Origin: a virus
Lineage: Duplodnaviria > Caudoviricetes
Reading direction: 5' to 3' (one strand)
Length of the DNA stretch: 26,387 nt
Virus record (IMG/VR): IMGVR_UViG_3300005805_004238
Span: 1 to 26,387 of that record
Shown: one piece after another, positions 16,937-25,508 of the stretch
How positions within the stretch are numbered: the stretch's first letter is position 1
How the letters are laid out: each line of letters starts with the position of its first letter
Program-made: the position numbers and the translations under genes
Notes under the pieces: model-generated
Told to the model about the DNA's origin: nothing
Seen by the model: only the letters and a program-made list of their open reading frames with translations
The model's database searches: none

Positions 16937-18361
16937 ATGGCACTTACACAAAATAAAAGAAGACCTATTATCATAGGTCCTGATACACCTTCAGATCCAA
17001 AAGAAACTGATTTATGGATCAATTCTACAAATAATAAAATTTATCGATATAATGGCTCTACCTTTGCAGTAGTCTCAGAGGCCATTACAGAGGCATTTGT
17101 TCAAAGTGCTTCAGCATATGCATTGTCACAAGCAACAGCCTCTATTAACGCTGTAATTGACGCAGCCCCTGGTGCTTTAAACACCCTTAACGAACTAGCA
17201 GCAGCATTAAATGATGATGCAAACTTTGCAACAACAATTTTAACAAACATAGGAAGTGCTAGTGCTTCCAATATATACTACACAGACTATAGAGTAGATA
17301 GTGCAAGTGGTGCATTAATAGGCTATATAGATGCAGGATTAACAACAGTAACAAATACAGCAAATAATAATTTATCAGCCTCAGAAGTAGAATTAGTTGG
17401 AATTATAAATACCGCCTCAGTTGCAAATACAAACTATACAGATTCAGCAATAATTGCTTTAAACTTAACCTCTGGATTGGTAAGTGCTTCGGCAGCAGCA
17501 GTAGCCTATGCAGATGGATTAACCACATCAGATATTGCAGAAGGCTCAGGACTATATTTTACAAATCAACGTGCTATTGATGCAGGATCTGCAACATATT
17601 TAACAACTGCAAATGCTGCAACAACGTATCTTCCACAAGCAGGCGGAACAGTAGTTGGAAACCTAACCGTAAGTGGAAATCTTGACGTTGCTGGTTCAGC
17701 AACATACTTAGATGCAACAAATATTAACGTAACAGATAGTATTATTAACTTATCTGTTGAACAATTAGAAGCAGATGCTTTAGATCAAGGATTTACTGCC
17801 TCATATGGACAATCAGGAGATAATGAACAAACTCATAAGCATAGAGGTTTAGTATATGACGTTACTGATAATAAATGGAAATTGTTTTCTAACGTTGCTG
17901 CAAGTGCAGTTTCTACTACAATAGATTTTACTGATGCAATCTTTTCTGCAGCAAAACTTGGTTCATTAGAAACAGTAGGTAACGTAAGTGCTTCAGCATT
18001 TATTGGAGATGGATCTCAATTAACTGGAATTGACCTAACAACAAAAGCAGATAAATTAAATACGTTTAGTCAACAAACAGGATCATACACACTTGTTTTA
18101 TCAGATGCAGATAAAATTGTTGAAGTTAGCAATGCGGGTGCTAATACATTAACTATTCCAACAAATGCTACAGTGGCATTTCCAGTAGGAACAGAATTAA
18201 CAGTATTACAAACAGGTGCTGGACAAACAACAATTGCTGGTGCTGGTGGAGTTACAGTTAACGGAACACCAGGATTAAAACTTCGTGCACAATGGTCATC
18301 AGCAGTATTGATTCAACGGTCAGCAAATACATGGGTAGCCATAGGCGATTTATCAGCATAG
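16937..18361 (+). CDS. Fibre protein with C-terminal YTL..SD...WVAIGDL domain
   Basis: DLWINS...YNG; LNTLNELAAALNDDANFATT; GNLTVSGNL; HRGLVYDVTDNKWKLFS. Confidence 0.65.
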   Translation: MALTQNKRRPIIIGPDTPSDPKETDLWINSTNNKIYRYNGSTFAVVSEAITEAFVQSASAYALSQATASINAVIDAAPGALNTLNELAAALNDDANFATTILTNIGSASASNIYYTDYRVDSASGALIGYIDAGLTTVTNTANNNLSASEVELVGIINTASVANTNYTDSAIIALNLTSGLVSASAAAVAYADGLTTSDIAEGSGLYFTNQRAIDAGSATYLTTANAATTYLPQAGGTVVGNLTVSGNLDVAGSATYLDATNINVTDSIINLSVEQLEADALDQGFTASYGQSGDNEQTHKHRGLVYDVTDNKWKLFSNVAASAVSTTIDFTDAIFSAAKLGSLETVGNVSASAFIGDGSQLTGIDLTTKADKLNTFSQQTGSYTLVLSDADKIVEVSNAGANTLTIPTNATVAFPVGTELTVLQTGAGQTTIAGAGGVTVNGTPGLKLRAQWSSAVLIQRSANTWVAIGDLSA

Positions 18362-18373
18362 TGAGGGGTATAT

Positions 18374-18724
18374 ATGGCATTTCCAGCAACATACAACTTT
18401 AATTATTATCGTGGAGATAGTTTTGAATTTATTGTATATCCTAAAAATGCAAATGGAACTACATTTGATTTAACAGAATATGATACAAATTTATTTACAA
18501 TTGCTACCGCCAGAGGTTCATCTGGAGAAGAAATAGGAACTGGTATTGTAACAACAGCATCCTCTAGTTTAACTTGTAAAATTCCACCATCTCTTGGAGA
18601 TTCACTATCAGCAAATTCTTATGTTTATGATATTCAAATACATGACACAAGTGCGTCAACAAAATACACATTACTAACTGGAACAATAACAGTAACTCAG
18701 GATGTAACTGGTAGGGCCACCTAA
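18374..18724 (+). CDS. Ig-like/BppU-N-like structural protein, paralog of 3534-3881
   Basis: YNF...RGDSF...FDLTEY...YVYDIQI...TLLTGTITVTQDVT. Confidence 0.6.
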   Translation: MAFPATYNFNYYRGDSFEFIVYPKNANGTTFDLTEYDTNLFTIATARGSSGEEIGTGIVTTASSSLTCKIPPSLGDSLSANSYVYDIQIHDTSASTKYTLLTGTITVTQDVTGRAT

Positions 18725-19302
18725 TGGCTATAAACTCTATAGTTTCAACAGATTCAATAACAGTTTTTGGACCCCCAGAAGTTATTGAACTAGGATTAGA
18801 TGTTGGTGCACCTGGACAACGTGGAAGTTTAATTTATACTGGTGCAGGAGATCCAAATATTAATACTGGTGTATTTGTTAACGAACCAGCACTAGTTGGA
18901 GATTTATATTTAAGGACAGATTTTGGATCAGACTATGGAATTGTATATCAATATGGAGTAACTCCAAGTGGAAATGAGTGGAGTTCTGTATTAAAGTTTC
19001 AACCAGTAACATATAGTGTTATAGAACCTTTAGTATTTACCAGCGGATCAGCCACAGTTAGCATTCCAGTAAATGACATCTATACAGATGCACCAGCAAC
19101 TTTAACAGCAAGTAATTTTTCTATACAAATGAGTCCAGAACACGATAAGGCTGTATCATTTGCTATAGTAAACAAAGGATTGGTAACTACATCAATTAGA
19201 TCTTTAGTATTTGATGTAATTGCTACTGAATCACAAACTAGCGGAATAACAAATCTATCAGGAACAGTTGATTTTAATATAACTATCAACGTTCTGATAT
19301 AA
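18724..19302 (+). CDS. Structural protein, N-terminal half related to 3881-4327
   Basis: LDVGAPGQRGSLIYTGAGDP...VGDLYL. Confidence 0.55.
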   Translation: MAINSIVSTDSITVFGPPEVIELGLDVGAPGQRGSLIYTGAGDPNINTGVFVNEPALVGDLYLRTDFGSDYGIVYQYGVTPSGNEWSSVLKFQPVTYSVIEPLVFTSGSATVSIPVNDIYTDAPATLTASNFSIQMSPEHDKAVSFAIVNKGLVTTSIRSLVFDVIATESQTSGITNLSGTVDFNITINVLI

Positions 19303-19319
19303 TTTAGGAAGGTGATAAA

Positions 19320-20315
19320 ATGGCTGGACAATTTATAAGCGATGCCTCTGGATACGAGGCTACCGAATTTGATACAAAAATACCTTCTTTAACTGATCAG
19401 GCTAACGTAGTTGAAGCCTTTAAACTTTATCACTATGGAATAGATGGTTATAGTGGTGCTACGGCCCCAGCATCAAATAGCATGCATGCTCATCTAAAAG
19501 ATATTAATGATAGATTAACTAGCGTAGAAACAAATACTGTCACAAGTATCTCTGGAACAAATAATGAACTTATAGTATCTGCATCAGTTGGAAACATAAC
19601 ACTTGGATTACCAGACGATGTTACAATCACTGATGACTTAACTGTTGGTGGAGACTTATTAGTTACTGGAGATTTTACAGTATCTGGCTCAGTAACATAT
19701 GTAAATGTTTCAGAACTTCAAATTGAAGATCCAATGATTTATCTTTCAGGTAATTCTAGTGCAAATATAGTAGACATTGGACTTGTTGGTAATTATAATG
19801 ATGGGTCATATCATCATACAGGTTTAGTAAGAGATGCAACAGATAATAAATGGAAGTTTTTTTCTAGCGTAGAAAGTGAACCTACTACAGTAGTTGCTTT
19901 TGATGAGGCAGTATACGACACAGTAGTAGCAGGAACATTTGAAGGTAACTTAACTGCATCAACAGCAACAATTACTTCTATTACATCTGATGGTCCATCT
20001 GATATAAGACTTCCTATAAATGATCAATCAGCATCTGCATATACCCTTGGCTTATCAGACGTGGGTAAAATGGTTGAAATGAATTTTGCTACATCAAACA
20101 CATTAACAGTACCACCAAACTCATCACAAAATATTGCAATAGGATCACAAATAGTTGTATTACAAACTGGTTCTGGACAAACTACAATTGCTGCAGGAGT
20201 TGGAGTTACAGTTAACGGATCACCTGGATTAAAATTAAGAGCACAATGGACATCTGCTACTTTAATTAAAAGAGGAACAGATTCATGGGTTGCAATAGGA
20301 GATTTGGCATCATAA
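19320..20315 (+). CDS. Fibre protein sharing shaft and C-terminal domain with 16937-18361
   Basis: HTGLVRDATDNKWKFFS; VLQTGSGQTTIA..GVTVNG.PGLKLRAQW...WVAIGDL; TGA-TATAAT at 19295-19303. Confidence 0.65.
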   Translation: MAGQFISDASGYEATEFDTKIPSLTDQANVVEAFKLYHYGIDGYSGATAPASNSMHAHLKDINDRLTSVETNTVTSISGTNNELIVSASVGNITLGLPDDVTITDDLTVGGDLLVTGDFTVSGSVTYVNVSELQIEDPMIYLSGNSSANIVDIGLVGNYNDGSYHHTGLVRDATDNKWKFFSSVESEPTTVVAFDEAVYDTVVAGTFEGNLTASTATITSITSDGPSDIRLPINDQSASAYTLGLSDVGKMVEMNFATSNTLTVPPNSSQNIAIGSQIVVLQTGSGQTTIAAGVGVTVNGSPGLKLRAQWTSATLIKRGTDSWVAIGDLAS

Positions 20316-20316
20316 T

Positions 20317-21177
20317 ATGTCTAAAAAAATTAGAGGAAATGCTGGAAGATTACCAGGTGCACCCACAATCGGAACAGCAACTGCTGGAATTCAAAGTGCA
20401 ACTGTAAGTTTTACAGCACCATCATACCTAGGTAAGCCATCTGGAACAACATATCGGGTAACCTCAAATCCTGGAAGCGTAACCGTAACTGGAGCATCAT
20501 CTCCAATAACTGTAACAGGGTTAACTGGAGGAACAGCATATACATTTACCGTAGCATTAACTAATAACGTTGCATATGGTCCAGAATCTGCTGCAAGTAA
20601 TTCAGTAACAGCAATAGTTCCACCATTCTTCCCACCATTTTTCCCACCATTCTTCCCACCATTCTTCCCACCATTTTTCCCACCATTTTTCCCACCAAGA
20701 TTTTATGTAAACAGTATTCACGTTGCAGGATGTATTTATGCAGAAACATTAGTTAAAACAGTTGGAGATAATGATTCTATTGAACACATAAAAGCAGAAG
20801 AATTAGAAGTAGGACAAGATATTTGGGCTATGACTCATTCAAATATTGAAGATATGTCATTAGTAAAAACTAAGATTAAAAGTGTATATCCAATTATCAA
20901 ACAAACATTAATATTAAATAATGATGAATCTACAAGAATATCTTTAGAACAACCAGTATTAGTAGAAAACGAGGGTACTTGGAAATTTATTAATTCAAAT
21001 GAACTTATTATTGGTAATAAGATAATGTCTTATAGCCAAGAAGATAATAAATTTGTACCCCTTGAAATTACTGAAATAACAAAAGATGAATCTCCAAAAG
21101 TAACATATGCTATATCAGTAGAAGATCATAGTGCATTTATTGCTGGAAATATAATTTGTAGAAATAAGCAGGTGTAA
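20317..21177 (+). CDS. FN3 domain - (PPFF)6 repeat - Hint (intein-like) domain protein
   Basis: FN3 (PGAPTIG...SFTAP...VTGLT.GT.YTFTV); PPFFx6+PPRFY; GCIYAETLVKT...ELEVGQ...EL..G.KI...YAISVE..AFIAGNII..N. Confidence 0.75.
   Translation: MSKKIRGNAGRLPGAPTIGTATAGIQSATVSFTAPSYLGKPSGTTYRVTSNPGSVTVTGASSPITVTGLTGGTAYTFTVALTNNVAYGPESAASNSVTAIVPPFFPPFFPPFFPPFFPPFFPPFFPPRFYVNSIHVAGCIYAETLVKTVGDNDSIEHIKAEELEVGQDIWAMTHSNIEDMSLVKTKIKSVYPIIKQTLILNNDESTRISLEQPVLVENEGTWKFINSNELIIGNKIMSYSQEDNKFVPLEITEITKDESPKVTYAISVEDHSAFIAGNIICRNKQV
20620..20703 (+). repeat. 12-bp tandem repeat CCACCATTYTTC x6 plus degenerate copy (PPFF)
   Basis: Read directly from the sequence. Confidence 0.95.
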
Positions 21178-21178
21178 T

Positions 21179-21874
21179 ATGCCATTAATTATTGGATCTA
21201 GTTCTGGTGGAAAAAAACCAGGTACACCTACAATTGGAATTGCAACTGGAGGAGTATTAAGTGCAACAGTTGCGTTTACAGCACCAAATTATCTAGGAAA
21301 ACCAACTGGAACAACATATACAGCAACATCAAATCCTGGAGGAATTACAGGAACTTCATCAACTTCACCAATTACAGTTAGTGGACTAACAGCAGGACAA
21401 CCATATACATTTACAGTTACACTATCAAACGGAGTAGTTGTATCTGACGCTTCTGCTGCAAGTAATTCAGTTACTCCATCACCAGTTCCATTCTTCCCAC
21501 CGTTCTTCCCACCGTTCTTTCCACCATTCTTCCCACCGTTCTTTCCACCTAATTTTTATTCAGATGAAAGAGATAAAGAAGACATAAAATCTTTACATTT
21601 AGGCTTAGAGTTTATTAAAGACTTATTGCCAGTATCTTACAGATGGAATATGAGAGATGGATCAGTTGTAGGATTAAATGACGCTGGCTTTATTGCTCAG
21701 GATCTACAAAGAATACAAGAAAAGTATGGCGTAGAATGGCTGGGTATGGTAGATGACTCTAATGAAACTCAATTAAAAATAAACTATATTAAAATGATAC
21801 CTATTCTTGTAAAAGCAGTTCAAGAACTAACTAAAGAATTAGAAGAATTAAAAAATAAAGAATGCTCTTGCTAA
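21179..21874 (+). CDS. FN3 domain - (PPFF) repeat - peptidase S74 intramolecular chaperone domain protein
   Basis: Paralogous FN3; VPFF+PPFFx4+PPNFY; SDERDKEDI...LLPVSYRW...GFIAQDL...NY..MIPILVKAVQEL coiled coil. Confidence 0.85.
   Translation: MPLIIGSSSGGKKPGTPTIGIATGGVLSATVAFTAPNYLGKPTGTTYTATSNPGGITGTSSTSPITVSGLTAGQPYTFTVTLSNGVVVSDASAASNSVTPSPVPFFPPFFPPFFPPFFPPFFPPNFYSDERDKEDIKSLHLGLEFIKDLLPVSYRWNMRDGSVVGLNDAGFIAQDLQRIQEKYGVEWLGMVDDSNETQLKINYIKMIPILVKAVQELTKELEELKNKECSC
21488..21556 (+). repeat. 12-bp tandem repeat CCACCRTTCTTY x4 plus partial copies (PPFF)
   Basis: Read directly from the sequence. Confidence 0.95.
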
Positions 21875-21896
21875 TTTAATATCGTTATGATATTAT
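21868..21896 (+). promoter_or_regulatory. Promoter of oxygenase cluster
   Basis: TTGCTA-17-TATTAT with TG extension; GAAAGG before GTG 21917. Confidence 0.5.
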
Positions 21897-21916
21897 AGAT
21901 TTAACAGAAAGGCATA

Positions 21917-22591
21917 GTGGTGCAAAGAGAAGAAAATATAGTTCAATCATGGTCAAAAGTAGAAGACCTGGGCAATGGAATACACGTATATAGAGACGTT
22001 TTGCCAGAATCACTTGATTTAGTTAATAGATTAGAAAACGTACTATCTAATAAAGATAATCAGTATAACTGGATAGTTGCTCAAGTTGGTTATGGACAAG
22101 TTATGCCAGACTATAGAGATTGCGTAGACTTCAAATATAAAAAATCAGATTTAGTAGATGACGGTTCTATTGCATATCAGGAATTAGCAAAAATATGGCA
22201 ACAATGCTACGATAGAAAAGCAGCAGCAGTTGATCACTATAGATCTATGTATAATATCATGGATTTAAAATATTGGGAAGCCTTTAACTTTATTAGATAT
22301 GGTGAAGGTCAACATTTTATGGAACATCATGATCATGGATATTCATATAACTGTACCGTCTCTTTAGTTTGCTATTTAAATGACAATTACGAAGGTGGAG
22401 AATTAACATTTAGGTTACAAGGTTTAAAAATAAAACCAAAGGCTGGAGATATGTATGTGTTTCCTTCAAACTATATGTATCCACATGTTGCAGAAAAAGT
22501 AACATCAGGAATTAAATACTCATTGGTAACAATGTTGGATTATAGTTCCAAATATCATACACCAGAGATTTATAATAATACGGAAGACTAA
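21917..22591 (+). CDS. 2OG-Fe(II) oxygenase, prolyl 4-hydroxylase-like
   Basis: HHD...YLNDNYEGGEL...FPS...YPH...GIKYS. Confidence 0.88.
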   Translation: MVQREENIVQSWSKVEDLGNGIHVYRDVLPESLDLVNRLENVLSNKDNQYNWIVAQVGYGQVMPDYRDCVDFKYKKSDLVDDGSIAYQELAKIWQQCYDRKAAAVDHYRSMYNIMDLKYWEAFNFIRYGEGQHFMEHHDHGYSYNCTVSLVCYLNDNYEGGELTFRLQGLKIKPKAGDMYVFPSNYMYPHVAEKVTSGIKYSLVTMLDYSSKYHTPEIYNNTED

Positions 22592-23292
22592 TGTCAACAG
22601 TAAATGTTTACTGTCAAAAACAGTCTGTCAATATTAAACAAACAAGAATAAAACGAGACTGGATGGAGTCTACCTGGGAAAAACATGCTTATAAATGTTT
22701 TCCAGTAAGTCTTGCTAATACAATTGGATACGAATTATCTTTACCAATAGACGTTACATTTGTGTGGGATGGAATCAATGATTCAACAGCAGATCATGTT
22801 AAAGTACTTTCTGGAGAAGAATTTATTTATAACTCTAGAGCAAATGCCACTATTAGTTTTAAAACAGGTATAGTAATAAAATCAGATCCAAACATTAGTT
22901 TTTTACATATGCCAGTTCCTAATTTATTTAATGATAATTATCAAACGTTTACAAGTGTTATTAGTACATCATTTTTTGATCAAGAGTTTCCGTCAGCAAT
23001 AAGAATTTTAAAGCCAGATAAGGCCATTACTATAAAAGCAGACGAACCATTTGCCACTCTTATGCCAATATCACTAAGCAACATGTCTAATATACAACTA
23101 AATTTAAATGACTTTGATATGGATGAAAAGTGGTATAAAGATAATGAAGAACGAGGCAAACTAGCATATGAACTTAACAAAAAAGGCGAGTGGACTAATT
23201 GGTATAGAAATGCTACCGATCACAACAATGTATCTGTAGGAGAGCACGAAGTTAAATCATTAAAATTAACAATAAACGATAAGAGGAGATAA
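22591..23292 (+). CDS. Conserved hypothetical protein (DUF6065-like)
   Basis: KRDWM...HAYKCFPVSLAN.IGYEL...PVPN...ADEPFA.L.P. Confidence 0.65.
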   Translation: MSTVNVYCQKQSVNIKQTRIKRDWMESTWEKHAYKCFPVSLANTIGYELSLPIDVTFVWDGINDSTADHVKVLSGEEFIYNSRANATISFKTGIVIKSDPNISFLHMPVPNLFNDNYQTFTSVISTSFFDQEFPSAIRILKPDKAITIKADEPFATLMPISLSNMSNIQLNLNDFDMDEKWYKDNEERGKLAYELNKKGEWTNWYRNATDHNNVSVGEHEVKSLKLTINDKRR

Positions 23293-23293
23293 C

Positions 23294-24028
23294 ATGGAAG
23301 AAAAAGAAATAAAGTTTATAACTAATAGATTTTGGCAAAGTGAAAGAACAAATACAAAACCATCTCCAGCATCTAAATCTTTACCAGAATGGTATACAAA
23401 GGCTGAAAGATTTATAACCAATCCAGATACTAAAGAATACTATCAAGATAAAGACGGTGGAAAGATAGCAAGTTGGAAAGCATGTATGCCATTTATGGAT
23501 GCAATGATTAGTGGTTATTTTATGTATACACCTTGCGATATAGAATTTTATTTAGACGAACAGGGTGACATTAAACATAAAATTACAGATGAAAAAAATA
23601 AAAGTTTTTGTAGTGAAAGAACTCCAATGTTAGGTTTCTACCAACCAGATGGACATTATTTAGATCATTTTGCATGGTTTGTTGACTGGGGAACTATACT
23701 ACCAGAAGGATATAGTGCACTTTACACAACACCTTTTAATAGGTTTGATCTACCATTTTTAAATACGTCTGGAATCATAGACAATGATGTAGTTAATCTT
23801 AATGGAAACTTGCCGTTCTTTTTAAGAGAAGGCTGGACTGGAACAATTTTCAAAGGAACACCTTTTGTACAGATATTTCCATTTAAGAGGGAAAATTGGA
23901 AGTCTAGTATAGTTGTTGAAGACCCTATATTAATACCTCAAAAAAATATTGATAATGCTGCTAAATATAGAGTGCCTGATGGCGGGGTATATAAAAATGT
24001 AGACTGGCATAGAAGATCATATGAATAG
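23294..24028 (+). CDS. Conserved phage hypothetical protein, DUF6065-related/dUTPase-like fold suspected
   Basis: LPEWY...KACMPFMDAM.SGY...PEGYS.L...P.NR.DLPF...SGIID.D...KGTP.VQI.PFKRE.W. Confidence 0.6.
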   Translation: MEEKEIKFITNRFWQSERTNTKPSPASKSLPEWYTKAERFITNPDTKEYYQDKDGGKIASWKACMPFMDAMISGYFMYTPCDIEFYLDEQGDIKHKITDEKNKSFCSERTPMLGFYQPDGHYLDHFAWFVDWGTILPEGYSALYTTPFNRFDLPFLNTSGIIDNDVVNLNGNLPFFLREGWTGTIFKGTPFVQIFPFKRENWKSSIVVEDPILIPQKNIDNAAKYRVPDGGVYKNVDWHRRSYE

Positions 24029-24048
24029 ACTTGTGATAAAATAAAATT

Positions 24049-24729
24049 ATGAATCCTCAAGAACTAGAAAAATTAATGGAAGAAACAGATAAAAATAGGG
24101 TATCTATTACCCCGTCTGGTTTCTTTGGAACCTCTAAAGACAATATTGTAAGTATAGAAGATTTTATGACAAAAGATGATATAGAACTACTATATAATTT
24201 TGCAAGTAACTTAGAAAATTGGCATAAAGATGAAAGTGTTTATGACGAAGATGGGGTTATGATATACGATGCTAGTTTTTGGGCTAACCGTGTTGCAAAT
24301 CAAAAAGAAATAGCACAACAAGACGAACACAGTATAGTAAGAAATAAAATTGTTGAATTATTAGCAAGATTTAAAGAAAAGGTTGATGCACACCTTAATG
24401 TTAACGCAGTTCCAACATTTCCTGCATTTGTACGATGGTTTCCAGGAAACTATCAACTACCACACGCAGACAAAGAATTACATATTGGAAAAGATGAAGG
24501 AAAACCAAATAACTTTCCATATTATGATATTGCAGGATTAATGTATCTAAATGAAGACTACGAAGGCGGAGAACTATATTTTCCACAACACGATATTGAA
24601 TTTAAACCTAAAGCAGGTGCTGCATACTTTTTTCCAGGAGATAAAAACTATATACATGGAGTAAAAGAAGTTACTGCTGGAGTAAGATATACACTTCCGT
24701 TTTTTTGGACAATAGTGGGGCATAAGTAA
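24049..24729 (+). CDS. 2OG-Fe(II) oxygenase, prolyl 4-hydroxylase-like
   Basis: HAD...YLNEDYEGGELYFP...FPG...HGV...GVRY; TGA-TAAAAT (24034-24042) 6 nt before ATG. Confidence 0.88.
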   Translation: MNPQELEKLMEETDKNRVSITPSGFFGTSKDNIVSIEDFMTKDDIELLYNFASNLENWHKDESVYDEDGVMIYDASFWANRVANQKEIAQQDEHSIVRNKIVELLARFKEKVDAHLNVNAVPTFPAFVRWFPGNYQLPHADKELHIGKDEGKPNNFPYYDIAGLMYLNEDYEGGELYFPQHDIEFKPKAGAAYFFPGDKNYIHGVKEVTAGVRYTLPFFWTIVGHK

Positions 24730-24731
24730 AT

Positions 24732-25508
24732 ATGGAACATATTAAATTATTTCCTAAGATCCACGTTTATAAAGGATTATTAAAAAACTGCGAAGAACTT
24801 GTTGATATATTAAAAAAAGCAGAAGAAGATCCAGAAACTACATACTTATTTAAAGATTGGAAACCTTGGAGTTTTTTTGGTACATATGTATATCAAATTA
24901 ATAACGATCCAATACATTCAGGAGTAAAAGATAGTAAGTTAGAAAAAGAAGTTGGTTATTTAGAAATGGTTAAAAAAGCATTTTTTGATAGCACATCAAA
25001 TTTTTTAAATGAATATAACTTAGACTTGCCAGGAGAATGGCAAATGATGGGTCCATCTTTTTCAAAATATATTCCAGATAACAAAGAAGAAGGAAGAGTT
25101 GGCAGAGGTCTTAGTATGTCAAGACATACAGACTATGTGCCATGGATGAAGGATGTTCCAGGATATAAGTTTGCATTAACTTGCACAATGTATTTAAACG
25201 ATGACTATGAAGGTGGAGAAATATCTTTTAAAGTTGGAGACAAGTATATAGACTATAAACCAGTTGCAGGAGATGTAATTGTTTTTCCTTCAGGTCATCC
25301 AGATTTTCTAGCAGAAGAGCATCCATATCTGCATGGAGTAACAAAAATCGAGGGTAATTCAAGATATTTAATTAGATGTTTTTATCAATTTTATCATCCA
25401 GGCTCAAAAGAATGGTTAGAAAATCAAGAAAAATATGGAGAAGAGTTATGGGGTAAAATGGAAGAGGAAAGAATAGAAAGGGATATGAGAGTATATGACT
25501 TTTACTAA
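24732..25508 (+). CDS. 2OG-Fe(II) oxygenase, prolyl 4-hydroxylase-like
   Basis: HTD...YLNDDYEGGEI...FPS...HGV...SRY. Confidence 0.88.
   Translation: MEHIKLFPKIHVYKGLLKNCEELVDILKKAEEDPETTYLFKDWKPWSFFGTYVYQINNDPIHSGVKDSKLEKEVGYLEMVKKAFFDSTSNFLNEYNLDLPGEWQMMGPSFSKYIPDNKEEGRVGRGLSMSRHTDYVPWMKDVPGYKFALTCTMYLNDDYEGGEISFKVGDKYIDYKPVAGDVIVFPSGHPDFLAEEHPYLHGVTKIEGNSRYLIRCFYQFYHPGSKEWLENQEKYGEELWGKMEEERIERDMRVYDFY

Noticed and set aside
20561-20749. Minus-strand ORF with MVGK/MVGR repeats
   Set aside because: Antisense of the PPFF array; variation is synonymous in the + frame but changes residues here
20731-21165. Mobile splicing intein
   Set aside because: No endonuclease, +1 residue is Lys, and the C-extein is only 3 aa
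20620-21556. 12-bp arrays as CRISPR, iterons or origin
   Set aside because: No spacers, in-frame and synonymous-only variation
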